Below, piece by piece: positions 62,892 through 64,000 of a stretch of DNA of 64,000 nt (within the stretch, counting starts at the first letter, position 1; each line of letters begins with the position of its first letter). Source of the stretch: Anthoceros angustus. Taxonomy: Eukaryota; Plantae; Anthocerotophyta. The stretch lies in NCBI GenBank assembly GCA_010909165.1, contig MU008165.1, positions 1,364,001 to 1,428,000 of the forward strand. Direction: 5' to 3'. The translations under genes were made by a program, and so were the position numbers. The notes below the pieces were generated by a model. The model saw nothing but the letters and a program-made list of their open reading frames with translations. It searched no databases and was not told the origin of the DNA.

Positions 62892-64000
62892 TCTAGCTGG
62901 ACATTGATCTGACCTCGTGGGGTCGACTTGTCATGTGTGCGGACGTTTGAACTCTGGGTTTTTCTCTCTTTTAACCAGTTTTTCTTTAAATCTCTTTCCC
63001 AAGAATCTTCTCCGCTGAATGTTTTGTTCAATTCGGGTAATCCTTTGCGCCTAACGTCTCTCGCTTTTCAAGAATTTACTGCGCCAAACCCCTGGTTCAC
63101 TTTGAAAACCTGTTGCGCCTAACGCCTTTGCCACTCTCGCCCTTGGCTTTCTTGGGAATGAGTTGCATGTATGGATTTGCTACTCTACCCCTGGGTTCAT
63201 TCAGGAAACCTATTGGACCTAATACTTTGCCACTCTCACTGCTTGCTGCAACTATTATTCTGTTGCTCTCATGTCATGTTGCATTCAATGGTGAGAGGAT
63301 GTTTTGTTACTCACCGTGAAAACCAAGCCCCAGCCAACCTCTGACGCCGATTGTAAGCGTAATGTAAGGGTATGTGCTCTCACTCAATTGCATCTTACGC
63401 TGTGCCAATTTAACCTCCTCTTAGGATAAGCATTAAATTATGTCCTCTCTACCAACTTAACCTACCCCTATGACTCATCATTCCTCTTTGCAAATTTTAA
63501 CTCCTTCATGAGCTGATGAGGCTAAGGTATATGCCCGAAGCCAACCTGGTTTTCATAATGGTCAGAATATTTTGGACAATATTTTACCCTGAGGATTGTT
63601 GTTGATGGCGCTCGACATGGGAAGAAGCATGCAATTCCATATTTTCTTCAATCTCTCATTTCGAATAATGAGCGAATTGTAGAGAAAGTATTGTTTATCC
63701 ACATATTAAGGTTTTTCAGTGTCACTCATTCTGCGACAACTCATCCCTAGCCAAATATGCAAAATTAATCTTGTGGAATTATGGGTGCATGAGCTACAAG
63801 TAGCCCAGCATCCAATTCTACTGGCTAGGCCACAAATTTGTTGGGTGAAACACCTTCGTTGTCATGGATTGTTGGATCAGAACCCTTCTCAACTGAAAGC
63901 TCTGCACCGTTTTCAACTAATAGCTTTGTAAAACCTTCGCATTGATTTATGGGCCAGTTTGATTGGCCTTAGGAGTCTTTCCAAGCTCCTCCGGCTGTGC

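Noticed and set aside
63300-64000. Possible gene or TE fragment at the window end
   Set aside because: All frames are interrupted and I recognise no family motif.

Overview
A compact, intron-rich nuclear segment of a non-flowering land plant. An IFT80 gene, PLS-type PPR motifs, short GT-AG introns and high gene density point to a lycophyte such as Selaginella (inference). Gene order: CBS-domain gene tangled with a decayed RLE/CRE-type non-LTR retroelement (1-2.7 kb); TOP6B and ubinuclein genes interleaved in at least 15 alternating blocks, joined at 9-10 bp microhomologies (3.3-15 kb); YlmH-like S4 protein; chlorophyllase; GH127; IFT80 in an AT-rich island; minisatellites, a tRNA-Lys-like remnant and (GACAA)77; dienelactone hydrolase; an unannotated spliced gene resembling the N-terminal domain of metazoan FLASH/CASP8AP2; RPL14; a 658-bp TIR element; intronless plastid LepA/EF4; an LFR-like gene; a TM-repeat-PB1 gene; captured GH127 fragments; AK6; a decayed MYCBP2-like RING-Cys-relay E3 module beside PPR, PDF-motif and AK6 fragments; ValRS with a 3x internal tandem repeat; a CAP10/GT90 glycosyltransferase; beta-tubulin. 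Many homopolymer indels suggest an imperfectly polished long-read consensus, so frameshifts and microhomology-bounded rearrangements need raw-read validation. All protein-family calls are from remembered motifs; no database search was run.
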